A stretch of 63,995 nt of DNA, the filler included, from Folioceros fuciformis (lineage: Eukaryota): NCBI GenBank assembly GCA_049999805.1. It is 5 parts of 5 records of this genome, joined end to end, with 100 filler letters (N's around TTAATTAATTAA, not from the genome) between each part and the next. Parts side by side here need not be neighbours in the genome. Positions count along the whole stretch, not along the records: positions 30,961 to 55,279 come from JBNGIO010005675.1; positions 55,380 to 60,909 come from JBNGIO010005681.1; 3 more parts are not named here. One strand, written 5' to 3'. The position numbers and the translations under genes are program-made. This document shows positions 47,106 to 58,072 of the stretch, in pieces. How positions within the stretch are numbered: position 1 is the stretch's first letter; the number at the start of each line of letters is the position of its first letter. The notes beneath the pieces are model-generated. The model did no database searches and had not been told where the DNA came from. It worked only from the letters and a program-made list of their open reading frames with translations.

Positions 47106-50100
47106 ATGGCTACAGGAGGGGTCAGTGGAGGTGGAGGCAGCGCAGGAGGTACAGGAGGCGCAGGAGGAGGAGTGGTCGCCTTACCTCTTCCACCGGTGCC
47201 TGTTATCCCCGCTCCGTCTTTCTCAATGGAATTTAAGGAGAAAGACCGCTTTAATGGCACGAAGTTTCATGGATGGCGTGTTCGCATGACAGCTGCCCTG
47301 CAGGCACGGCACGTGTGGGGCATCGTTAGCGGCTCCATTCCTAAACCAGCATCTACTGCTCCAGTGGATGAAATTGAGAAGTGGGATAACCTGAATCATG
47401 TAGCTCGTGCGGTCTTGATTAGTGGTCTTGATGAGGTACTCCTCCCCGATGTGGCTTACCTGCAAGACTCCAACGAAATCTGGACACAACTACTGCAAAC
47501 GTACGAGGCGAAGAACATACTCACACAGTGTGCAATCCGTGGAGAACTGTTTTCAATGAGACTTAAAGAAGGCGAGAAGGTGGGACCTTTCGTCGTGAAG
47601 TTTCGACAGTTAAGGGCCCAGCTCCTGAACTTAGGATCCCAGTTTCCTGAGTTGGATGCTGTTGCCCAACTCCTTACCTGCCTACCACCCAGTTACCAGA
47701 CCTTTGTTTCCGGCTTTGGAGCTTCCATTCGCGCGGCAGACAAGGCTGTAGCTGCAGGCAAGGCACCACAAATCAGTCTTGTTGACGTGATTGGTGCTCT
47801 CCTGCAAGAGGAACAAAGCAGGCTTCACTCTACACCACAGGGTGGAAAAACAAAAACCGACAAGGTCCTTTACACTAAAGGACAAAAACTGCAGAAAGGA
47901 CAGAAGGGTCGATCAGCTTTTGGTGACTCACCTTCTTCCTCCAGCAAGCGGGCTGGCTCCTGCAACTGGTGTGGCATCCAGGGCCACTGGGAGAGGGACT
48001 GTAGGAAGAAGAAAGCTGGCGAAGCTCGTAAGGTCGAGAAGCCAAAGCAGGCTGAGGTCCACGCTGTCGCCAAGACTTCCTCAACTTCAAACAAACCTCC
48101 AGTCGTCATGACCGTTTGTTTTGCGTCTTCTGCAAGTCCCCCTTCCCCCAATAGTTGGTACTTAGATTCTGGAGCAACCTCCCACATCTGCAATGATAGG
48201 AGTCTGCTCAGTAACTACAGACCTTCTCGTACATCAGATAAAGTCTTGCTGGGGGACGAACTTACCCGTACTGGTCTGAATATTGCTGGGTCTGGCACAT
48301 GTCGTTTTCGGTTGCACGATGGGTCCATCCTCCATCTTGACAACGTTCTGCATGTACCACTCATGGCCAAGCACCTACTTTCAGTCAGTCAATTACTGTC
48401 TTCCCGAGAGTACGACCTCCTCTTCACTTCTCATAGTTGTGCACTTAAGAAGCGAGGGGGGGATGGACAGGTCGTAGCTAAAGGACATCTCTTTCATGAC
48501 TTGTACCAGCTTGATCTCACATGCATACCTCCTGAGTCTGTGCATGCTACTCACCTATCTCAGGCTGCCCAAGCCAGCTTATGGCATGCCAGATTAGGTC
48601 ATGCTAATAGAGACAAGTTGTTAAAAATGTCTAATCTGAACTGTTATAGAGAGCCCTTGCCGAAATGTTTTAAAGACTTACCTCTTTGTGATGCCTGCGT
48701 CATAGCCAAGCAAAAGGAACTTCCCTTTCCTAAATCAGTGGCTCATCGAGCATCACAGGTATTAGAGTTAGTACATGCAGACATTTCAGGCAAGATTCAT
48801 GTTCCCTCTCTAGGCGGTGCCCTATACTATCTTACCATTACTGATGACTTTAGTCGCTACTCCTGGACTTATCCTCTCCGGTTGAAGTCCGATACCTTTG
48901 AGGTATTTAAGGAATGGTTGGTGATGGCGGAGAGACAGACAGGGTGCTTGCTACAACAGCTGCGTACTGACAACGGGGGAGAATTTACTCATGCCCACTT
49001 CAACCAGTTCCTGTTGGAAAGAGGCGTTGTACGGCAGCTGATTGTCCCTTATACTCAGCAGCAGAACGGTGTTGCTGAACGTCGCAACCAGACCCTGCTG
49101 GGAATGACACGAAGCATGTTAGAATGGGCAGGTTTGAGCAAAGCATACTGGGCTGAGGCAGTGGTCACAGCGACTTATCTGCTAAACAGGCTTCTCACAA
49201 GTGCTGTGGATGGACAGACTCCATTTGAGGTGATATGGCGTAGGAAGCCTAGTCTCCTGCATCTGAGGGTATTCGGCTCCCCAGCGTATGCTTACATCCC
49301 TGAAGAACGGCGGCTGAAGTTAGAAGACCGAGCACGCCCACTTGTCTTCGTGGGATATGGAGAAGAAGCCAAAGCTTATAAGTTACTTGACCCACTTACC
49401 TTGACAACAGTTTTTGCCAGAAGTGTGACTTTCAAGGAGCTTGTATGTCCTGCAAAGCCGTACTTCGATCACCTGTCCGACAACAGTGAAAGAGTTACTC
49501 ATGTAGACTTGACAGACATGGAAGATTCATCTGAATTTCCACAAGATGACTCACCTGGTGTTGTGTTCATTGAGGCTCCTGAAGCTGTGCAAAACCCTGG
49601 AGAGGGTCTTGCACATCCACAGGCCAACGATCCTGCTGCATCAGATATTCAGGCTCCTGATCTAGCCGCTCATGAGGCACTTCCTACTGACTTGGCTTCT
49701 GAAGATCAGCTTCCTGATCCGGATGATTTCAGGGAACAGCCTGCAGCAGAGGACGAGGTTGAACATGGGTCAGCTGCAGAAGACGTTTCTATTCACTCTA
49801 CAGATTCTGGCTTGAATGAGAATTTACCTGGTTCTGTTTCTGATGAGGATGACTTGGCTGAAGTTCCCGTAGCTGTCCAGCCTGAAGAACGCCGTTATCC
49901 TCAACGCACCAGGAATCCTCCCTCGCAGTGGACAGAACCTCCATATGCCTCTATTGATTTTCGACGTCCTAGAGCTGGAGTATCCTTGCCACAATCCAAG
50001 TCCTCTGTCAGCACCTCACCTTTCATTAAGCCTGAACCGCAGTCATATAGAGAGGCAATCACTGGCGCTGACAAGGCACATTGGATCCCCTCGATCAAGG

Positions 50101-51614
50101 ACGAGTACGATTCCTTGATCAAGAATGATACATGGGAGTTGTGCCCCTTACCTAAAGGTCGGAAAGTTGTCCGCTGCAAGTGGGTCTTCAAGCACAAATT
50201 GAATGCCCAGGGTGAGATTGCTCGCTATAAGTCGAGGCTCGTAGCCAGGGGCTTCACCCAGATTCCAGGTATTGATTTCACAGAGACCTTCAGTCCTGTG
50301 GTTAAGACCCAATCTATCCGAATGATCCTTGCCCTAGCTGCCGCAAACGCTTGGGACCTCCAGCAGATGGATGTCTGCACAGCGTTTTTATACGGCGAGC
50401 TGGAAGAGGACATATATATGTCCCAGCCTGAGGGTTTTGTAGACCCTGAGCACCCGGATTGGGTCTGCCATCTTAAGAAGACGATTTACGGGTTAAAGCA
50501 ATCAGCACGAGAGTGGTACAAAACAATTGACAAGTACCTTTGATCCATCGGTTTCATTCAAAACCCTGGTGATGCCAACGTGTACTTTTACAGTAAGGAT
50601 GGTACTCTCGTGGTTCTTGCCTTGTATGTCGACGACACCATTCTCGCATCAAACGACCAAGGCTTGTTATCATGGGTTAAAGACATGCTTCGCCAGAAAT
50701 TTGATATGCAAGACATTGGGGCTCTTACCTTTGTTCTCGGCGTCCAACTTGTTCGTGATTTGGATGCTGGCTCCCTTATGCTTCACCAAGCTAAATACAT
50801 CGCTGAGACTCTGCACCGTTTTCATCTGGACACTGCCAAACCTGTGTCCACTCCTGGCGTTGCAGGCCTGAAGTTGTCTCATGATCAGTGCCCACAGACA
50901 GATGCGGAGCGCCAGGCCATGGCTCAGGTTCCTTATCGCCATGCCGTGGGCTGCCTCAATTATATCAGTTGCTGGACAAGGCCAGACATTCAGTATGCTG
51001 TGAGCTCTGTCTCCCAGTTCCTCGACAATCCTGGCCCTGCACACTGGAGTGCGGTTAAACGGGTTCTCCGATACCTAAAGGGCACCATGCAATATGGCCT
51101 CTGCTTCAGGGGGCGAGGGCAAGCACCTACTTTGTGTGGGTATGCTGATGCCGACTGGGCCACCGACCCAGATGCCAGAAGAAGCATCTCGGCATATTGC
51201 TTTACCTTGAATAACACAGCTGTTCATTGGAGCTCGAAGAAGCAATCCTCCGTGGCCTTGTCCTCCACCGAAGCTGAATACAAAGCGCTGACGGAGAGCG
51301 CTAAAGAAGCTGTATGGGAACGGTGTTTTCTGTCAGGCCTTGGATATCCACAGTCACAGCCTACTCCTATTTACTGTGACAACATGTCCACCATTGCGCT
51401 GACTGCAAACCCCCGTTTTCATGCGCGTACAAAGCACATTGAAGTGCATCATCATTTTATCCGGCATTCTGTGGAGCAGCGCCATGTGAGAATTCAGCAT
51501 GTGTCGACAGACCTAAACACAGCCGACATTCTGACGAAGTATCTTCCTGCTAGCAAGCACTATCAACATATGGAGGCTATGGGCGTACAGGCTTGCCCCG
51601 ACTCTCAGACCTAA
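47106..51614 (+). CDS. Copia gag-pol polyprotein with a single in-frame TGA at 50541-50543
   Basis: Gag, CNWCGIQGHWERDC, WYLDSGATSH, LWHARLGH, LRTDNGGEF, RT YVDDTIL and RNase H DADWA. ORFs 47019-50543 and 50580-51614 are in the same frame. Confidence 0.9.
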
Positions 51615-52759
51615 CCTCTATGAACTCCTGACCAGCTGCAGATTATGGTGGATGAAGCAACAAGCTCAACATAATCGCATACTGCAGCTGACAGAGCACT
51701 TAGCTGTCTTGTGGCAGCGGGCTTGCAGCAGCACACTTGAATTGCGCGCGTAACTCCTCTTCAGGGTGCAGTGCAGGGATGGCGTCCAACTTCTTCACAG
51801 TTAGCCAGAGTTGCAACTGCCACTCCCAGCTAGCAATTTTGGGTGACGGCCCGCCATCTGTGTCTCAGCTCTGCGTGTCCTCCCACGTTTGTTCCTTCTT
51901 TGCTCTTCGCGCCAGTGCTGGTACAAGAGATACATCGCAATCACGAAGGAGCACAGTGCGAGGCATTGGGCTATGGACCCTGGCATGTTTGCGCCACCAC
52001 ACCCAGCTAACAAGCGTGCTCCGTTTACGGGGGCGTGTTAGAAGAGAATTCTGTTATAATTCTCTTATAAACGAAGCCGCTTATTAGATATTAGTTATTA
52101 TTTAATAACTAGGTTAATTTGAATCGACACAACCTTAGACAGTTTTGATATATAAGATACTCTGTATATTCATGATAATTAATTCTCTTTATTCTTAGCA
52201 CTGTGTGCGTGTGAGTACATCTGGTTTTATGAACAATATGAACATGTTTTATTTGGAGCAAGAACCATTCCAGACAGAGCTGTCACATTTTCGTCAGACG
52301 AAGGGTCTACTTTGGCATATTGCATGTCCTCTGAAGATAGTGAGAAAATATATGTTATTGAGGCAGCACACTCACCGTGGGCATTTTGTAGTTGTGCAAT
52401 GGGACAAAAAGGTTTTCTATGCAAACATGTTGTGAAGGTGCAACAAGTTTGTGATGTATTTAAACATACTTCTCATGTTTTGCGCCTTGCATGGTGTATC
52501 AATGGATATCATGCTAGGGCAGAGGATGGAGGTAGTGCATTACCTGACCTCAATGTTGTTGTTGAGACCAATGTGATAGAAATGCATAACCTATAGGAAG
52601 TAATGCCACAAAACACGACTTGTAGTGCGACACCTAGTTTGAGGCAACCCAAAACCTTAGAAGATTTAAAGTTGAAAAGACCCCGAGACTTAGATGGAAT
52701 ATGTATAAGTATTCCAAGCATAGTCAAAGTACAACTTCATCGAGATGTCAGTGGCAATT

Positions 52760-52783
52760 GGGTTTAGGGTTTAGGGTTTAGGG
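52760..52783 (+). repeat. Interstitial plant telomeric repeat GGG(TTTAGGG)3
   Basis: Perfect 24-nt tract exactly between the MULE remnant and the truncated Copia integrase. Confidence 0.85.
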
Positions 52784-55279
52784 TGCCAGTTGCTGTGTCA
52801 AACACTTTATACCCCTTTATGCCTTCTGAATACCCCACAAAAAGCATCTGCTTTGCTTTGTAGTTGAGTTTTGTTCTCAGCTCCTTGGGTATGTGCACAT
52901 AAACCTTGCACCCAAAGATCTTCAAGTGAGAAATAGCCGGCTTCTTACCCGTCCAGCGTTCAAAAGGGGTGGAGTCTTTGAAGGCTAATGTGGGAATTGA
53001 GTTTTGAATGTAGGTGGCTGTGTGTACTGCCTCTGCCCAGTACCTCCTTGATAATCCTGATTGATACAGCATAGCTTTAGCTGCTTCTTGTAAGTATCGA
53101 TTCTTAGATTCAGCAAGTGCGTTCTGACTAGAGGTGTATGGGATAGTAATCTACCTCCCTATGCCGAGTGATCTGCAGTAGTCCTGGAAATCAGTGCTAT
53201 TAAACTCCCCTCCTCCGTCACTACGAAGGACTTTCACCTTATTCCCAATTTGCCTTTGTGAAAAATTCACATAATCCATGAATCTCTCAAGTGCCTCAGA
53301 TTTGTGGCGCAAAAAATATGTCATTGTGAAGCGACTATAGTCGTCCACAAGCACCATAAAATACAGTGCTCCTCCAAGTGATCGGACGGACATTGGTCCG
53401 CATAAATCTGTATGCACCACAGCAAGAGTTTCCGTGGATCTATTTTGCTCATGAGGCTTCTTGGCATTTTGCTTGGGGAGTTTTGCATGCACACATGCGT
53501 CACAAAGCATGTCCACCTCGGGAATTGTCCAGGGAACCTGCTCTAGGTATAAGTGGGCACCAACCATGCTCTTCATTTTGTTGTAATTTGGGTGTCCCAA
53601 ATGACAGTGCCACAACAGCTGATTGCTATCTACATCTAGGCGCCTAGCCAGGTGCGCCTGAGGATGTGGGTTAATCACATGTATTCCAGCATGGGTGCGA
53701 CAGTTGAGCCTATATAGGTCAGAGTCCAAAACTCCAATGGCCACATCGGATGAGTTTTGCTATCAACCAGTCTGCACTGCTTTTCGTCGAAGCTCACTTT
53801 GACGCTCCACTCTTGACACACATGTCTAACAGACATGAGGTTTTTCACCATCTGAGGCACGTGAAGAACCTGCTTCAAAATTTTCAGGGAACCATCATGC
53901 AATCGAATTTTGACTGCCCCCACGCCAGCAATGCTCAGTCCGCTTTCATCACCTAACAAGACGAACTATCCAGGTGAGTAATGTTGATAGTCATCAAAGC
54001 TGTCTCGATTATAGCAGTAGTGGGCTGATGCCCCCAAGTCCAAGAACCACCAGTGCTCATCTGACTTGGCGTGCGCCAGAAACACAGTCAAGATGATATT
54101 GGAACTTGATGCCTTTGATTTTGTGACCACGTTAGCTTCAGGAGATCCAGATTTCTGTGGCTCACCAGCTGCCTTCTTGTGGCAGTCTGCCTCTATATGG
54201 CCTAGATTCCTACACCAATTGCAAGAGAGCTTTCGGTGATTCGGATTGGGTGGAGTTCTCATGCCCACATTCTTGGGCCTCCCTTGCCACCCTGAACGGT
54301 TAGGGAAGCGACCTCCTCGACCACCTTTGGTTCCTCTTCCGGCGTAGAGTACACGACCGTGAGAGGACTGACCAGGTCCTTGGTTTGATCTCATCGCAGC
54401 CTCTTCTTCAAGCAAAGCTCCGATGGTGTTGGAGAGTGTAACAGTTGCTGCTGCGGCCGTGCGGAGAGTACTGCTTTGAGTACTAACAAACACTCTGTAC
54501 TTGTCCGGCAGTGACATCAAGAGTGCAACGGAGGCCTTGAGCTCAGAAACCTTCGTCCCTCCTGTAGCTAGCTTCTGCCTCAAATGTCTGAAGTGCATGA
54601 CGTGATCTTCGACCGTCTCCGAGTCTTTCATCTTGCAGTTCCAAAATGAACGTGTGGCCTGAACGAGTGATGATTGATTGGTTGTGGCAAACATCTGCGA
54701 TAGAGCTGTCCATGCCAGATGTGCCGTAATAGCATCTTCGATGTGATGAATCATGCTGTTGTCAATAGTGAGTTCCAGGATAGCCCTGGCCTTCAAATCC
54801 TTCTTATTCCATGCCGTAATATCCGCAGCTGCCGCGTTTGGGCCTGGTTGAGGGGTAGAGCCATCCACCAACTCCCACAAGTCCTCGATCTTGAGGAGGG
54901 TCTTAACCCTGTGTGCCCAAACATCATAATTGGAACCTGAAAAACGGTCCTTATCTTTATAGTCTAGCCTCATCGATGTCGCCATAGCCGTTTGAATCCT
55001 GCGATGATAAGCCACTGACTGTGTAAGCCAATCAGGCAGATTACTCGCAAGCCAGCCTCGTGATTTTGTCGGAGGTGGAGACACCAACCTTGGCCTGCCC
55101 TGGCGATGATATCGCCCGGCCTCCTTTAATTCTTCAGTGGAGGTGGCTCGCTTAAGTGGCATTCTGGGCATGCCACATCATTTGGCTTGTGTGCAGCTTC
55201 ACGGTTTGAGTGGCTCTCGACATGGATGGACGTTGTATCACCAATGCCGTGTTGAGAATGACCTGCAGCCTCACAAACA
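52784..55279 (-). mobile_element. 3'-truncated Ty1/Copia (gag, protease, integrase) with stops/frameshift, related to the 45.8-52.2 kb element
   Basis: LDYKDKDRFSGSNYDVW, CNWCRNLGHIEADC, WFLDLGASAH, VHTDLCGP, LRSDGGGEF and FVGYSEGIKGYKVFD; the sequence then stops at the telomere tract. Confidence 0.9.
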
Positions 55280-55379
55280 NNNNNNNNNNNNNNNNNNNNN
55301 NNNNNNNNNNNNNNNNNNNNNNNTTAATTAATTAANNNNNNNNNNNNNNNNNNNNNNNNNNNNNNNNNNNNNNNNNNNN

Positions 55380-56340
55380 GACATGGGTGGGGGCCGAGCT
55401 CTGGGGTCGCGCCATTCTGCAAGGCATGAGACGTGTTATCCACACGAATCGTGACGAGTGCTTGCACTAGTCACAATCAATTTACAAAGAGAGAAGAGGC
55501 CTGCACGCAGGAATCGCCAAGTCCGGAGAGGAGCGGGNNNNNNNNNNNNNNNNNNNNNNNNNNNNNNNNNNNNNNNNNNNNNNNNNNNNNNNNNNNNNNN
55601 NNNNNNNNNNNNNNNNNNNNNNNNNNNNNNNNNNNNNCGACAGGGGTTGGTACTGTAAGGACGCAATTTAATATGCCTGTATGCGCATTGCCATACTGCG
55701 GGGCGGACAAGCGCTTTGGAGGAGAAAAGGCAAGTCTGTGCTCGCTCTACAACCCTTCGGTCCAAACCTCAATGCATGAAAAGTTCGCGCCACGCAGCAC
55801 CCTGGAGCTCAGATAGATAACGACGACAGTCCTTGCCAGTCGTTTGACGCAACTGGCTATGCACGGCCGGCCGATCGAATCACGCGCGGAAGCGTGGGAG
55901 GAGCTGCGGAGTGGTGTCGGCGACCTTGTGAGTCTATCCCCTAGCGGCAGCAAAGCTTGAGCGTCTGTTGGCTGTAGTTGAAGGAACTGACAAATTTGGC
56001 AGGCTCATCACTTATGGATTGGATTGGCATGGCTTGGCTTGGATAGGCCGCTTGTAGATGATCTGGCCATGGATTGATGTGCTTCCTGATTGCATGTCCA
56101 GGTCACTGCAATCTGCTCTCTGGCTGGTGTCATTGCAGAGTCTGGAATCCACTACTATGAACACCAGCACTGCAGCTTTTGGAGTCACTCATTCCTAGCG
56201 TGGTGCTTTTGTGAATCACACTTGGAGGGTCCCTATACGTCAAGGGTACGGGGACAGCGTTTGGCGTTGGGTCGCGTACATTCTTTCTGTGTCGGAATCA
56301 GGATAATCTGGTGCGCGTGCAATTTGTGTTCGGGAAGACC
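55380..56340 (-). other. 5' end and upstream region of a paralog of the lectin-extensin gene; the coding part runs into the gap
   Basis: ATG at 55415 reads MARPQSSAPTH versus MARARGSAPTD at 59434, with the same upstream AG acceptor. 55640-56340 is collinear with ~59826-60500 (GGTACTGTAAxGACGCAxTTTAATAT, GGCTATGCACGGCCGGCCGATCGA, GTCCAGGTCACTGCAATCTG). Confidence 0.7.
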
Positions 56341-57713
56341 GTTGCACGATGATACAAACACTACTGGAAAAAGGGTTTATTTACTATCCATCGCTGCAGC
56401 TGCCACAAGGTAGCCATAACTATGTACGTCTCACTAAGCATCACTGCGAGCACAGTACTGAGAGCAACGTTTAGCAGGTCCCCCACTGCATAGAGCAGGA
56501 CGACGGGGGTGGATGCAGGAATCCAGAGCCTAGAATTAGTTCCTGAGCAAGGACCACCTTCGTATGCCCATCTCGCCTAAACTGGTGGGACTGGTTAAGA
56601 GTGGCAGTAGGACGCTTCATCCAAGAAGCCTTTGTGCCGCAGCTTTCCTTTGTGTTACGTTCATTCAAATTCCAGCCATAAAACACGGAACAGCAGGGCC
56701 ACTACTCTCATATCCCAGACCTCGGAAGGACGCTCATGTGAAAAAAGTAATGATTTTGCATGCTCAACGGGCGCTCTAGTCTGTGCTTTGCTGGCTTCCC
56801 CTCACTCGTTTGCTCTCCACGCTGTTCCTGCGGCTTGACTGACGGATGCTTACAGTCACACTTGCCGGGACTATGCGATGATCATCTGCCCGACAGTGCA
56901 GGAGGCGAGTTCGCACTGCAAACTCTAAACTGCACATTCACCGTTTCATCCCTGCAGCGACCTCATCCGCGTTCGCACACGTGCAGCTGCAGCCTCAAAT
57001 GCTTATCAATGGGAGGAGGATTCCACCGGTCGAAGAGCTGTCTGGGAAAGAACAGGCCATCGGCCAGGGTGCTCATAGTAGGATGCAGGCTTCATGAATT
57101 GCCTTGCGCCGAATTCAGCTGGGCCAGGCATACTGGAGATGCCTAGTGCGCTGCGCGTAAAAGCGTGGTGCATGTGCGACAAAACTGGCGTCGGACTTGA
57201 CCAATCAAAGTACTGGATCATGATGTGATGTGCTGGGACCAAATACAACGAACATGTCGATCCCTCCTCTCAAGTCTATCGGATTTGAGAGGGCAAGGCT
57301 CCGAACTTACAAGGGTTCACCTGACGCTTGTTCACTCTGGTCCGTCTCGTTGCTGCCTAATCCATCATTCCGCTTTTCCTTGTTTGCTTCAGTTCAGTTC
57401 CTGGTTTCATCTCATGGGTGCCTCATATCCATCCACTCCTTCCTCTTCCTTCCAACCTTCAGGATTTCTTTGTCTACCAGCAGCCCTTGCCATTGCCCGC
57501 AATAGTGGTACTCACTCTACACGTCCTACGTTGCAGACATTGAAAATCAACAAGCTACCCAAACAAGAGACAACTTTTCATACTACTTTCTTAATGGGTA
57601 CAAAGGAGACGGTAGCAGCAGCAGCTCCTCGTGGCTCGAGACAACTTTAACATTGTTTTATGCCATGCCATTCCTCCCTTTCACATGGTTTTGTCACACC
57701 TCCCTCTGGCCTT

Positions 57714-57758
57714 GACTGGACTGGACTGGACTGGTCTTGTCTGGTCTGGTCTGGTCTG
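57714..57758 (+). repeat. Pentanucleotide microsatellite (GACTG)n/(GTCTG)n
   Basis: GACTGGACTGGACTGGACTGGTCTTGTCTGGTCTGGTCTGGTCTG. Confidence 0.8.
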
Positions 57759-58072
57759 ATATTCTGATCCAATCCAACATTCTGCAAGCGTTACCATTTA
57801 CAAGCAACATTGAACAACCATGTCATCATTGGATACAACTTTCATTGGTACTTTGATGCTTTTTGTTGCACCCAGATGGTCTTCTGTATGAAGCATTATT
57901 TCTACTAGTTTTAAAAGAAAGATTTTCCTAAAACTAATATAAAACTCATATAGGCAAGAAAACACCAGGCAAGGAGCCATAACACCATAACAATCTAGTG
58001 TGCTGACATGACAGGAAGAGCCGGAAGCACAGGAGGCGGTTGGAATCCCGGCAACAGAAGCGGTTAGGCGTT

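Larger units (their letters stand above)
45779..52235 (+). mobile_element. Full-length, very young Ty1/Copia LTR retrotransposon
   Basis: LTRs 45779-45978 and 52036-52235 (200 bp, TG...CA, identical by eye). TSD ATATG at 45774-45778 and 52236-52240. PBS TGGTATCAGAGC (iMet tRNA) at 45979-45990. PPT-like ACGGGGGCG precedes the 3' LTR. Confidence 0.97.
43614..52759 (+). pseudogene. MULE-type DDE transposase-like gene with SWIM finger, disrupted by stops/frameshifts, a solo LTR (45409-45701) and a full Copia (45779-52235)
   Basis: AYIPWSRVDDYVSGE, AMDATFGINK, FTVMVFDQH, FLVDDC, CLWHVRKA, SALEAFH and GRRMDWLLHQL. Removing both insertions restores VNEVGRHYWYLDFTKAGGYKPNLRLEKVYEHVLFGARTIPD, leading to the SWIM motif FCSCAMGQKGFLCKHVVKV. 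Confidence 0.85.

Noticed and set aside
47003-47260. Antisense ORF starting MPLKRS, similar to MPLKRA at the start of the 53966-55171 ORF
   Set aside because: A five-residue match on the strand opposite gag; most likely coincidence.
50541-50543. Programmed stop-codon readthrough in Copia pol
   Set aside because: The stop is in the middle of RT rather than at a gag-pol or pol-env boundary, the context TGA-TCC is not a recognised readthrough motif, and a CGA>TGA transition explains it.
56340-57800. Several 70-140 aa ORFs
   Set aside because: No domain signatures or consistent exon chain; left unannotated.
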